Made by a program: the position numbers and the translations under genes | NCBI RefSeq assembly: GCF_031769215.1 | Contig: NW_026782326.1 | Location: 843,432-876,098 of the forward strand | Direction: 5' to 3' | Origin: Ylistrum balloti | Taxonomy: Eukaryota | Length of the DNA: 32,667 nucleotides | Notes under the pieces: model-generated | What the model saw: the letters and a program-made list of their open reading frames with translations, nothing else | What the model was told of the DNA's origin: nothing | The model's database searches: none | Shown: positions 21,101 to 32,644 of the stretch, piece by piece | Position numbering within the stretch: the first letter of the stretch is position 1 | How the letters are laid out: each line of letters begins with the position of its first letter

Positions 21101-24100
21101 AGTTTTCTTTTGGTGTTTGTTCGTTTTTTTTTTTGTCATCTTGATGTCCCGCTAGTTCGTTTTTTTCTGTCGTCTTGATGTTACTTTTGTTCGTTTTTTT
21201 TTTGTCGTCTTGATGTTACTTTTGTTCGTTTTTTTCTGCCGTCTTGATGTCCCGCTTGTTCATTTTTTTGCTTTTTTTGTCGTCTTGATGTCCCGCTTGT
21301 TTCTTTTTTTCTGTCGTCTTGATATCCCTTTTGTTCGGTTTTAATCTGTCGTCTTGATATCCCTTTTGTTCGCTTTTTTTCTGTCGTCTTGATGTCTCTT
21401 TTGTTCGTTTTCTTTTCTGTCATCTTGTTTTGAAGCTTGTTCGTTTTATTCTGCCGTCTTGATGTCCCCGTTGTTCATTTTTTATGTGTCGTCTTGATGT
21501 CCCGCTTGTTCGTTTGTTTCTGTCGTCTTGTTGTCCATTTTGTTCGCTTCTTTTCTGCCGTCTTGATGTCCCCTTTGTTCGCTTTTTCTGCCGTCTTGAT
21601 GTCTCTTTTGTTCGTTTTTTTCTGTCGTCTTGATGTTACTTTTGTTCGCTTTATTTTCTGTCGTCTTGATGTCCCTTTTGTTCGTTTTCTTTTCTGTCAT
21701 CTTGTTTTGAAGCTTGTTCGTTTTATTCTGCCGTCTTGATGTCTCCCTTGTTCATTTTTTATGTGTCGTCATTATATGTCCCGCTTGTTCATTTTTTTTC
21801 TGTCGTCTTGATGTCCCGCTTGTTCGTTTTTTCTGTCATCGTGATATATCTTTAATTCGCTTTTTTTCTGTCGTCTTGACGTCCCTTTTGTTCGCTTTTT
21901 TCTGTCTTCTTTATGTCCCTTTCGTTTGTTTTTTCTGTAGTCTTGATGTCCCTTTTGTTCGGTTTTTTTTTTTCGTTTTTTTCTGTCGCCTCGATGTCCC
22001 GCGTGTTCGTTTCTGTCTCTAACTTTTATGTCAAGTTGGTTCGTTTTTTCGTGTCGTCCTGAGGTCCCGCTTGTTCGTTTTTTTCTGTCGTCTTGATGTC
22101 CCGCTTGTTCGCTTTTTTCTGTCGTCTTGATGTTACTTTTGTTCTGGTTTTTTTTCTGTCGTCTTGATGTCCCTTTTGTTCGATTTTTTTCTGCCGTCTT
22201 GATGTCCCTTTTGTTCGCTTTTTTTCCGTCGTCTTGATGTCCCCTTTGTTCGCTTTTTCTGCCGTCTTGATGTCTCTTTTGTTCGCTTTTTTCTGCCGTC
22301 TTGATGTTACTTTTGTTCGTTTTTTTTTCTGTCGTCTTGATGATGTCCCGCTTGTTGCTTTTTTTTTTATGTGGTCTTGATTTCCCGTTTGTTCGTTTTT
22401 TTGTGTCGTCTTGATGTCCTTTTGTTCGTTTTTTTTTGTCGTCTTGATGTCCCGCTAGTTCGTTTTTTTCTGCCGTCATGATATCCCTTTTGTTCCTTTT
22501 TTTTCTGTCGTCTTGATGTCCCTTTTGTTCGCTTTTTTTCTGTCGTCTTGATGTCCCTTTTGTTCGGTTTTTTTCTGTCGTCTTGATATCCCTTTTGTTC
22601 GGTTTTTTTCTGTCGTCTTGATGTCGTTTTTGTTCGTTTTTTTTCTGTAGTCTTGATGTCCCCCTTGATGTCCCTTTTGTTCGCTTATTTCTGTTGTCTT
22701 GATGTTACTTTTGTTCGTTTTTTTCTGTCGTCTTCTTGTCATGTTTGTTCGTTTTTCTTTTGTCGTCTTGATGTCCCTTTTGTTCGTTTTATTTTCTGTC
22801 GTCTTGATGTCCCGCTTGTTCGTTTTTTTATGTCGTCTTGATGTTCTTTTTGTTCGTTTTTTTTCTTGATGTTTGTTCGTTTTTCTTCTGTCGTCTTGAT
22901 GTCCCTTTTGTTCGCTTTTTTTGTCGTCTTGATGTCCCTTTTGTTCGCTTTTTTTGTCGTCTTGATGTCCCTTTTGTTCGTTTTATTTTCTGTCATCTTG
23001 CTTTCAAGCTTGTTCATTTTTTTCTGTCGTCTTGATTTCCCGTTTGTTCATTTGTTTTCTGTCCTCTTGATGTCCCTTTTGTAGTTTTTCTCTGTCGTCT
23101 TGATGTCCCTTTTGTTCGCTTTATTTTCTGTCATCTTGCTTTCAAGCTGGTTCGTTTTTTTCTGTCGTCTTGATGTCTCTTTTGTTCGTTTTATTCTGTC
23201 GTCTTGATGTGTTGTTTTTTTTTTTCTGTCGTCTTGATTTCCCTTTTGTTCGTTTTATTCTGTCGTCTTGATGTCCCGCTTGTTTTTTTTTCTGTCATTT
23301 TTTTTCTGTTCTTTTTTTGTCGTGTCCCTTTTGTTCGTTTTTTTTTTTTCTGTCGTCTTGATGTCCCGCTTGTTCGTTTTTTTTTTTTTGTCGTCTTGAT
23401 GTCCCGCTTGTTCGTTTCTCTCTCTCAATTTTATGTCAAGTTGGTTCGTTTTTTCGTATCGTCCTGAGGTCCCGCTTGTTCGTTTTTTCTGTCGTCTTGA
23501 TGTCGTTTTTGTTCGTTTTTTTCTGTCGTCTTGATGTCCCTTTTGTTGTTTTTTTTTCTTCTTGATGTTTTTTCAAGTTTTTTTTTTCTGTCGTCTTGAT
23601 GTCCCTTTTGTTCGCTTTTTTCTGTTGTCTTGATGTTACTTTTGTTCGTTTTTTTCTGTCGTCTTGTCATGTTTGTTCGCTTTTTTTTCTGCCGTCTTGA
23701 TGTCGCTTTTGTTCGGTTTTTTTCTGCCGTCTTGATGTTACTTTTGTTCGTTTTTTTTCTGTCGTCTTGATGTTAATTTTGTTCGTTTTTTTCTGTCGTC
23801 TTTATGTTACTTTTGTTCGCTTTATTTCTGCGTCTTGACGTCCCTTTTGTTCGCTTTTTGTCTGTCGTCTTGATGTTACTTTTGTTCGTTTTTTTCTGTG
23901 TTCTTGACGTCCCTTTTGTTCGCTTTTTTCTGACGTCTTGATGTCCCTTTTGTTTGCTTTTTTCTGTCGTCTTGATGTCCCTTTTGTTCGTTTTTTTCTG
24001 TCGTCTTGATGTTACATTGGTTCGGTTTTTTTTCTGTCGTCTTGATGTCCCGCTTGTTGCTTTTTTTTTTCTGTCGTCTTGATGTCCCGCTTGTTGCTTT

Positions 24101-27100
24101 TTTTTCTGTCGTCTTGATTTCCCTTTTGTTCGTTTTATTCTGTCGTCTTGATCTACCTTTTGTTCGCTTTTTTCCGTCGTCTTGATGTCCCCTTTGTTCG
24201 CTTTTTTCTGCCGTCTTGATGTTACTTTTTTTCGTTTTTTCTGTCGTCTTGATGTTACTTTTGTTCGTTTTTTCTGTCGTCTTGACTTTTTTTCGTTTTT
24301 TTTGTCGTCTTGATGTCTCGTTTGTTCTTTTGTTTTTTTTCTGTCGTCTTGATGTCCCGTTTGTTCATTTGTTTTCTGTCGTCTTGATGTTCCTTTTGTT
24401 CGCTTTTTTTCTGTCGTCTTGATGTCCCTTTTGTTTGTTTTCTTTTCTCGTCTTGATGTCTTTTGTTTTTTTCTGTCGTCTTGATGTCCCGCTTTTGTTT
24501 TTTTTTCTGTTGTCTTGATGTCCCTTTTGTTCGTTTTTTTTTCTGTCGTCTTGATGTCATGTTTGTTCGTTTTTTTCTGTCGTCTTGTTGTCATGTTTGT
24601 TCGTTTTTCTTCTGTCGTCTTGATGTCCCTTTTGTTCGCTTTTTTTGTCGTCTTGATGTCCCCTTTTGTTCGTTTTTTTCTGTCGTCTTGTTGTCATGTT
24701 TGTTCGTTTTTCTTCTGTCGTCTTGATGTCCCTTTTGTTCGTTTTATTTTCTGTCATCTTGCTTTCAAGCTGGTTCGTTTTTTTCTGTCGTCTTGATGTC
24801 ATGTTTGTTCGTTTTTCTTCTGTCGTCTTGATGTCCCTTTTGTTCGCTTTATTTTCTGTTGATGTCCCTTTTGTTTTTTTTCTTCGTTTTGTTCGTTTTT
24901 TTCTTCGTCTTGATGTCTTTTGTTGTTTTTTTTGTCATCTTGATGTCCCGCTTGTTCGTTTTTTTCTGTGTTCTTGACGTCCCTTTTGTTCGTTTTTTTC
25001 TGTCGTCTTGATGTAACTTTTGTTCAGGTTTTTTTTTCTGTCGTCTTGATGTTACTTTTGTTCGCTTTTTTTTCTGCCGTCTTGATGTTACTTTTGTTCG
25101 TTTTTTTTTCTGTCGTCTTGTTGTCATGTTTGTTCGTTTTTCTTCTGTCGTCTTGATGTCCCTTTTGTTCGCTTTTTTTTCTGCCGTCTTGATGTCGCTT
25201 TTGTTCGTTTTTTTTTTCTGCCGTCTTGATGTTACTTTTGTTCGTTTTTTTTCTGTCGTCTTGATGTTACTTTTTTTCGTTTTTTTTTTGTCGTCTTGAT
25301 GTTACTTTTGTTCGTTTTATTTTTTTCTGTCGTCTTGATGTACCTTTTGTTCGTTTTTTTTTCTGTCGTCTTGATGTCCCTTTTGTTCGTTTTTTTTCTG
25401 TCGTCTGATGTCCCCTTTTGTTCGTTTTTTTTCTGTCGTCTTGATGTCCCTTTTGTTCTTTTTTTTTCTGTCGTCTTGATGTCCCTTTTGTTCGTTTTTT
25501 TTTTCTTTCTTGATTTTAAATCTTTTTTTTTTTTTGTCGTCTTGATGTTACTTTTGTTCGTTTTATTTTTTGTCATCTTGTTTGATGTCCCGCTTGTTCG
25601 TTTTTTTCTGTCATCCTGATATACCTTTAATTCGCTTTTTATCTGTCGTCTTGACGTCCCTTTTGTTTGATTTTTTTTTCGTCTTGATGTCCCGCTTTTT
25701 CATTTTTTTTCTGTCGTCTTGATGTCATGTTTATTCGTTTTTCTTCTGTCGTCTTTATGTCCCTTTTGTTCGTTTTTTTCTGTCGTCTTGATGTCATGTT
25801 TGTTCGTTTTTTTTCTGTCGTCTTGTTGTCATGTTTGTTCGTTTTTCTTCTGTCGTCTTGATATCCCTTTTGTTCGTTTTTTTTTTGTCGTCTTTCTGTC
25901 CCGCTTGTTCATTTTATTCTGTCGTCTTGATGTCCCATTTGTTCGCTTTTTTCTGTTGTCTTGATGTTACTTTTGTTCGTTTTTTTTCTGTCGTCGTGTT
26001 GTCACGTTTGTTCGTTTTTTTTTTCTGCCGTCTTGATGTTCCGCTTGTTCGTTTTTTTCCGTCGTCCTGATATCACTTTTGTTCGGTTTTTTCTCCGTCG
26101 TCTTGAAGTCCCGCTTGTTCGGTGGTTTGTTGTCGTCTTGATGTCTCTTTTGTTCGTTTTTTTTCTGTCGTCTTGATGTCCCGCTTGTTCGTTTTTTTCT
26201 GTCATCCTGATATACCTTTAATTCGTTTTTTTTCTGTCGTCTTGATGTCCCTTTTGTTCGCTTTTTTCTGTCGTCTTCATGTCCCTTTTGTTCGTTTTTT
26301 TTCTGTCGTCTTTATGTTACTTTTGTTCGTTTTTTTCTGTCGTCTTCATGTCCCTTTTGTTCGTTTTTTTTTCTGTCGTCTTTATGTTACTTTTGTTCGC
26401 TTTATTTTTGCGTCTTGATGTCCCTTTTGTTCGTTTTATTTTTTTCTGTAGTCTTGATGTCCCGATTGTTGCTTTTTTCTCCTGTCGTCTTGATGTCACA
26501 CTTGTTCGTTTTTTTTCTGTCGTCTTGATGTCCCGCTTGTTCATTTTTTTTCTGTCGTCTTGATGTCCCGCTTGTTCGTTTTTTTTTGTTGTCTTGATGT
26601 CCCTTTTGTTCGCTTTTTCTGTTATCTTGATGTTACTTTTGTTCGGTTTTTTTTCTGTCGTCTTGATGTCCCTTTTGTTCGTTTTATTTTCTGTCATCTT
26701 GCTTTCAAGCTGGTTCGTTTTTTTCTGTCGTCTTGATGTCATGTTTGTTCGTTTTTTTCTGTCGTCTTGATGTCCCGCTAGTTCGTTTTTTTCTGCCGTC
26801 TTGATATCCCTTTTGTTTGCTTTTTTTCTGTCGTCTTGATGTTACTTTTATTCTGGTTTTATTTCTGCCTTCTTGATGTCCCTTTTGTTTGCTTTTTTTC
26901 TGCCGTCTTTTTGTCCCTTTTGTTCGCTTTTTCCGTCGTCTTGATGTTCTTTTGTTCGTTTTTTTTCTGTAGTCTTGATGTTACATTTGTTCGGTTTTTT
27001 TCTGTTGTCTTTATGTCCCGCTTGTTCATTTTTTTGCTTTTTTTTGTCGTCTTGATGTTCCGCTTTTTCATTTTTTTTTCTGTCGTCTTGATTTCCCGCT

Positions 27101-30100
27101 TGTTCGTTTTTTCTGCCGTCTTGTTGTCCCGCTTGTTCGCTTCTTTTCTGCTGTCGTTATGTCCCGCTTGTTCATTTTTTTTCTGTCGTCTTGATGTCCC
27201 GCTTGTTCAATTTTTTTGTCGTCTTGATGTCCCGCTAGTTCGTTTTTTTCTGCCGTCTTGATATCCCTTTTGTTCGCTTTTTTTCTGTCGTCTTGATGTT
27301 ACTTTTGTTTTTTTTTCTGCATTCTTGATGTCCCTTTTGTTCGCTTTTTTTCTGTCGTCTTTATGTCTTTTGTTCGTTTTTTTTTTTTTGTCTTGATGTC
27401 TTGTTTTATGTCCGTCTTGTTCGTTTTCTTTTCTGTCTTCTTTATGTCCCGCTTGTTCATTTTTTTTCTGTCGTCTTGTTGTCATGTTTGTTCGTTTTTC
27501 TTCTGTCGTCTTGATGTCCCTGTTGTTCGCTTTATATTTTTGATGTGTTTTTTTTTTTTTTTTTTGTCTCTCGTCTTGATGTCGCTTTTTTTGATGTTTT
27601 TTTCTGTCGTCTTGATGTCCCTTTTGTTCGCTTTTTTTTATCGTCTTGATGTCCATTTTGTTCGTTTCTTTTCTGTCTTCTTTATGTACCGCTTGTTTAT
27701 TTTTTTTCTCTCGTCTTGATGTCCCGCTTGTTCATTTTTTTTCTGTCGTCTTGTTGTCATGTTTGTTCGTTTTTCTTCTGTCGTCTTGATGTCCCTTTTG
27801 TTCGTTTTATTTTCTGTCATCTTGCTTTCAAGCTGGTTCGTTTTTTTTTCTGTCGTCTTGATGTCCCTTTTGTTCGTTTTTTTTTCTTGTCTTGATGTTT
27901 TTTGTTCGTTTTTTTTTTGTCGTTTTTTGATGTCGTCTTTTGTTCGTTTTTCTTCTGTCGTCTTGATGTCCCGCTTGTTCATTTTTTTCTGTCGTCTTGA
28001 TGTCCCTTTTGTTCGTTTTATTTTCTGTCATCTTGCTTTCAAGCTGGTTCGTTTTTTTTTCTGTCGTCTTGATGTCATGTTTGTTCGTTTTTTTCTGTCG
28101 TCTTGTTGTCATGTTTGTTCGTTTTTCTTCTGTCGTCTTGATGTCCCTTTTGTTCGCTTTATTTTCTGTCATCTTGATTGATGTTCGTTTTTTTTTCGTC
28201 GTCTTGATTTTTTTCTGTCGTCTTGATGTCCCGCTTTTGTTCGTTTTTTTTTCTGTCGTCTTGTTGTCCTTTTTGTTCGTTTTTATTCTGTCGTCTTGAT
28301 GTCCCTTTTGTTCGCTTTTTTCTGTCGTCTTTATGTCTCTTTTGTTTGCTTTTTTCTGTCGTCTTGATGTCCCGCTAGTTCATTTTTTTTCTGTCGTCTT
28401 GATGTCCCGCTTTTGTTTTTTTTTTTTTCTGTCGTCTTGATGTCCCTTTTGTTCGTTTTTTTTTCTGTCGTCTTGATGTCCTTTTGTTCGTTTTTTTTTC
28501 TCGTCTTGATGTCCCGCTTTTTTTGTTTTCTTCTTTTCTGCCGTCTTTATGTCCCGCTTGTTCAATTTTTTTTGTCGTCTTGATGTCCCGATAGTTAGTT
28601 TTTTTCTGCCGTCTTGATGTCCCGCTGGTTGATTTTTTTTTGTCGTCTTGATGTCCCGCTTGTTCGTTTTTTTTTTGTCGTCTTGATGTCTCTTTTGTTC
28701 GTTTTTTTTTTGTCGTCTCGATGTCCCGCTTGTTCGTTTCTCTCTCTCATTTTTATGTCAAGTTGGTTCGTTTTTTCGTGTCGTCTTGATGTCCCGCTTG
28801 TTCGTTTTTTCTGTCGTCTTGATGTCGTTTTTGTTCGTTTTTTTCTGTAGTCTTGATGTTACATTTGTTCGGTTTTTTTTCTGCCTTCTTGATGTCCCTT
28901 TTGTTCGATTTTTTTCTGCCGTCTTGATGTCCCTTTTGTTCGTTTTTTTCTGTCGTCTTGATGTCATGTTTGTTCGCTTTTTTTTCTGCCGTCTTGATGT
29001 CGCTTTTGTTCGTTTTTTTTTCTGCCGTCTTGATGTTACTTTTGTTCGGTTTTTTCTGTCGTCTTGATGTCTTGATGTTCCGCTTTTTCATTTTTTTTTC
29101 TGTCGTCTTGATGTCGCGCTTGTTGCTTTTTTTTTCTGTCGTCTTGATGTCGCGCTTGTTGCTTTTTTTTCTGTCGTCTTGATGTTCTTTTTTTTTTTTT
29201 GTTTTTTTGTCTTTTGTTGTTTTTTTTTTTGTCGTTTGATGTTTGTTCGTTTTTTTTCTGTCGTCTTGATGTCCCGCTTTTGTTCGTTTTTTTTTTTTTT
29301 TGTCTTTTGTTTGATGTCCCTTTTCTTCTTTTGTTTTTTTTTTCTGTTTTTTTCTTGATGTCCCTTTTGTTTGCTTTTTTCTGTCGTCTTGATGTCCCTT
29401 TTGTTCGTTTTTTTCTGTCGTCTTGATGTAACTTTTGTTCAGGTTTTTTTTTCTGCCGTATTGATGTCGCTTTTGTTCGCTTTTTTTTCTGCCGTCTTGA
29501 TGTCCCTTTTGTTCGGTTTTTTTTCTCTCTTTTTTATGTCAATGTCCTTTTGTTCTTTTGTTTTTTTTTCTGTCGTCTTTATGTCCCGCTTGTTCATTTT
29601 TTTTCTGTCGTCTTGATGTCCCGCTTGTTGCTTTTTTTTCTGTCGTCTTGATTTCCCTTTTGTTCGTTTTATTCTGTCGTCTTGATGTCCCGCTTACCTT
29701 TTGTTCGCTTTTTTCCGTCATCTTGATGTCCCCTTTGTTCGCTTTTTCTGTCGTCTTGATGTCCCTTTTGTTCGCTTTTTTCTGTCGTCTTGATGTCCCT
29801 TTTGTTCGTTTTTTTCTGTCGTTTTGATGTGAATTTTGTTTGGTTTTATTCTGTCGTCTTGTTGTCATGTTTGTTCGTTTTTCTTCTGTCGTCTTGATGT
29901 CCCTTTTGTTCGCTTTTTTTTGTTGTCTTGATGTCCCTTTTGTTCGCTTTTTTCTGTCGTCTTGATGTCCCTTTTGTTCGCTTTTTTCTGTTGTCTTGAT
30001 GTTACTTTTGTTCGTTTTTTTCTGTCGTCTTGATGTCCCTTTTGTTCGTTTTTTTTCTGTCGTCTTGATGTCTCTTTTGTTCGTTTTTTTTTGTCGTCTC

Positions 30101-31971
30101 GATGTCCCGCTTGTTCGTTTCTCTCTCTCATTTTTATGTCAAGTTGGTTCGTTTATTCGTGTCGTCCTGATGTCCCGCTTGTTCGTTTTTTTCTGTCGTC
30201 TTGATGTTACATTTGTTCGGTTTTTTTCTGTCGTCTTTATGTCCCGCTTGTTCATTTTTTTTCTGTCGTCTTGATGTCGTTTTTGTTCGTTTTTTTCTGT
30301 AGTCTTGATGTCCCTCTTGTTCGGTTTTTTCTGCCGTCTTGATGTCCCTTTTGTTCGTTTTTTTTTGGTCGTCTTGATGTCTCTTTTGTTGGTTTTTTTC
30401 TGTCGTCTTGATGATACTTTTGTTCGTTTTTTTCTGTAGTCTTGATGTTACATTTGTTCGTTTTTTTTTTTCTGTCGTCTTGATGTTACTTTTGTTCTTT
30501 TTTTTTATGCCGTCTTGATGTCCCTTTTGTTAGATTTTTTTCTGTCGTCTTGATGTCCCTTTTGTTCGCTTTTTTTTATCGTCTCGATGTCCCTTTTGTT
30601 CGGTTTTTTTTGTCGTCTTTATGTCTCTTTTGTTTGCTTTTTTCTGTCATCCTGATATACCTTTAATTCGATTTTTTTCTGTCGTCTTGATGTCCCTTTT
30701 GTTCGCTTTTTTCTGTCGTCTTGATGTCCCTTTTGTTCGGTTTTTTTTCTGCCGTCTTGATGTTACTTTTGTTCGGTTTTTTCTGTCGTCTTGATGTCCC
30801 GTTTGTTCGTTTTCCTTTTTGTCATCTTGCTTTGAATCTTGTTCGTTTTCTTCTGTGTTCTTGACGTCCCTTTTGTTCGCTTTTTTCTGACGTCTTGATG
30901 TTCCGCTTTTTCTTTTTTTTTCTGTCGTCTTGATTTCCCGCTTGTTCGTTTTTTTCTGCCGTCGTGTTGTCCCTTTTGTTCGCTTTTTTTCTGCCGTCTT
31001 GATGTCCCTTTTGTTCGTTTTATTTTCTGTCATCTTGTTTTTGCTTTTGTTTGTTTTTTTGTTGTCATCTTGATCTTGATGTCTTGATGTCGTTTTTTTG
31101 TTCGTTTTTTTTTTGTCGTCTTGATGTTACATTTGTTCGGTTTTTTTCTGTCGTCTTTATGTCCCGCTTGTTCATTTTTTTTCTGTCGTCTTGATGTCCC
31201 TTGTTCTTTTTTTGTTTTTTTTTGTCGTCTTTTGTCCTTTTGTTCGTTTTTGATCTTTGTTTTCCCTTTTGTTCGTTTTTTTTTTGTCGTCTTGATGTCT
31301 CTTTTGTTTTTTTTTTTTTTTTGATGTTGTTCTTGTTCGTTTTGTCCCGTCTTGATTCGCTTTTTTTTTTTTCTGTCGTCTTGATGTCCCGCTTGTTGCT
31401 TTTTTTTCTGTCGTCTTGATTTCCCTTTTGTTCGTTTTATTCTGTCGTCTTGATGTCCCGCTTGTTCGCTTCTTTTCTGCTGTCTTAATGTCCCGCTTGT
31501 TCATTTTTGATCTGTCGTCTTTATGTCCCGCTTGTTCGTTTTTTTTCTGTCGTCCGGATATACGTTTAAATCGCTTTTTTTCTGTCGTCTTGACGTCCCT
31601 TTTGTTCGCTTTTTTCTGTCTTCTTTATGTCCGTTTTGTTCGTTTTTTTCTGTCGTCTCGATGTCTCGCGTGTTAGTTTCTCTCTCTAACTTTTATGTCA
31701 AGTTGGTTCGTTTTTTCGTGTCGTCCTGAGGTCCCGCTTGTTCGTTTTTTCTGTCGTCTTGATGTCGTTTTTGTTCGTTTTTTTCTGTAGTCTTGATGTT
31801 ACATTTGTTCGGTTTTTTTTCTGTCGTCTTGATGTTACTTTTGTTCTTTTTTTTCTGCCTTCTTGATGTCCCTTTTGTTCGATTTTTTTCTGCCGTCTTG
31901 ATGTCCCTTTTGTTCGCTTTTTTTCCGTCGTCTTGATGTCCCCTTTGTTCGCTTTTTCTGCCGTCTTGATG
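15176..31971 (+). repeat. Satellite 3, block c (+ orientation): ~16.8 kb, ~470 copies of the ~35-bp unit, organised in higher-order repeats with recurrent long variant units. It stops abruptly after ...CTTGATG at 31971
   Basis: The base unit is as in block a. The V1 marker TATGTCAAGTTGGTTCG occurs at 15360, 16855, (19901 variant), (20486 degenerate), 22027, 23432, 28754, 30135 and 31694, with spacings mostly 1.38-1.56 kb. V2 markers CTGTCATCTTGCTTTCAAGCTGGTTCG occur at ~19083, 22991, 23130, 24752, 26690, 27815 and 28024. T-expanded degenerate patches occur at ~29180-29360 and ~31190-31380, and there is a T18 run at 27548-27565. Confidence 0.95.
15318..15400 (+). repeat. Exemplar of the recurrent ~85-100-bp compound variant block (GTCGTCTCGATGTCCCGCGTGTTCGTTTCTCTCTCTAACTTTTATGTCAAGTTGGTTCGTTTTTTCGTGTCGTCCTGATGTCCC), used as the higher-order repeat marker (V1)
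   Basis: Near-identical blocks are read at ~16818-16900, 19858-19935, 21995-22065, 23395-23475, 28715-28795, 30095-30180 and 31655-31740. Confidence 0.85.
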
Positions 31972-32571
31972 CAAGATAAAACAAAACATTTTTTTATCGT
32001 TATTGTATTTACTACTTGACCGTCGTCGACCATATATCTATGAAAAAAACATAGTATCACTATTTACAGTTGAAGTATATTTTCAGCTCATGATATAATG
32101 TACAGTATATAGCAGGGGTTGTTTAAGTCACATTTTGATCTATTACTTTCAAAATGGTAAGAACAAATAAGTCTCACAAAGACAACAACACATAAGATTA
32201 TACATGGGTAGAAGATGGCAATAGCTACATGATGTTACTGATTTCATTAAGTATTTTGTGTAAAATCTTCTTTGCACTTATATTCATGCGCTATATGAAT
32301 AGCATAACCATACACATATATAAATTATATATATTTAAAAACAGTAACAATAGAATGTGAGAAGCTCATGTTTGCAACCGTACAAGCATAGACATATTAA
32401 TAGTACTTTTTAGGTATAAGTCACAAAACAGAGGTTATCTCTGTCTACCAGGGAGAATTAGTAAACGTATATCTAGTTATGATTAAATATTTAATATTTT
32501 TAATGACCAGTATAAACAGATAATGTATTATTCCACATGAAAGTAAATTATATTACAGGGTGAGTAAGCCA

Positions 32572-32644
32572 AGGTCACAGCTGATGCACGGGCAAAAATG
32601 ACACGTGCACTGGCACCACTACTGTGACCTCACCTGTACAGGTG
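32572..32644. repeat. Cluster of nested inverted repeats: AGGTCACAG (32572-32580) / CTGTGACCT (32622-32630); TGCACG (32585-32590) / CGTGCA (32604-32609); plus an adjacent perfect 14-bp palindrome CACCTGTACAGGTG (32631-32644)
   Basis: Read directly and checked by reverse complement. The cluster is 23 bp from the window end, so its context is incomplete. Confidence 0.75.

Noticed and set aside
2600-31971. Possible CRISPR arrays, suggested by regular 35-39-bp repeats
   Set aside because: The repeats are directly contiguous with no unique spacers. The context is eukaryotic (a LINE with APE-RT ORF2; AT-rich satellite DNA). There are no cas-like ORFs. This is satellite DNA, not CRISPR.
15176-31971. 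Searched Satellite 3 for a CENP-B-box-like motif (nTTCGnnnnAnnCGGGn)
   Set aside because: The variant ...AACAAGCGGGACATC contains CGGGA, but the required TTCG is absent at the correct spacing (AAAC is found instead). There is no convincing CENP-B box on either strand.
6230-31989. Dozens of 60-310 aa ORFs across Satellites 2 and 3, either K/R/D/E/T-rich (e.g. 23773-24594 minus, 273 aa) or C/F/L/V-rich (e.g. 19619-20137 plus)
   Set aside because: They are translations of the A-rich or T-rich strand of the ~35-bp repeat. Unit length varies (34-37 bp), so the frame is not conserved and the ORFs terminate at random. They are overlapping, low-complexity and found on both strands, so they are not genes.
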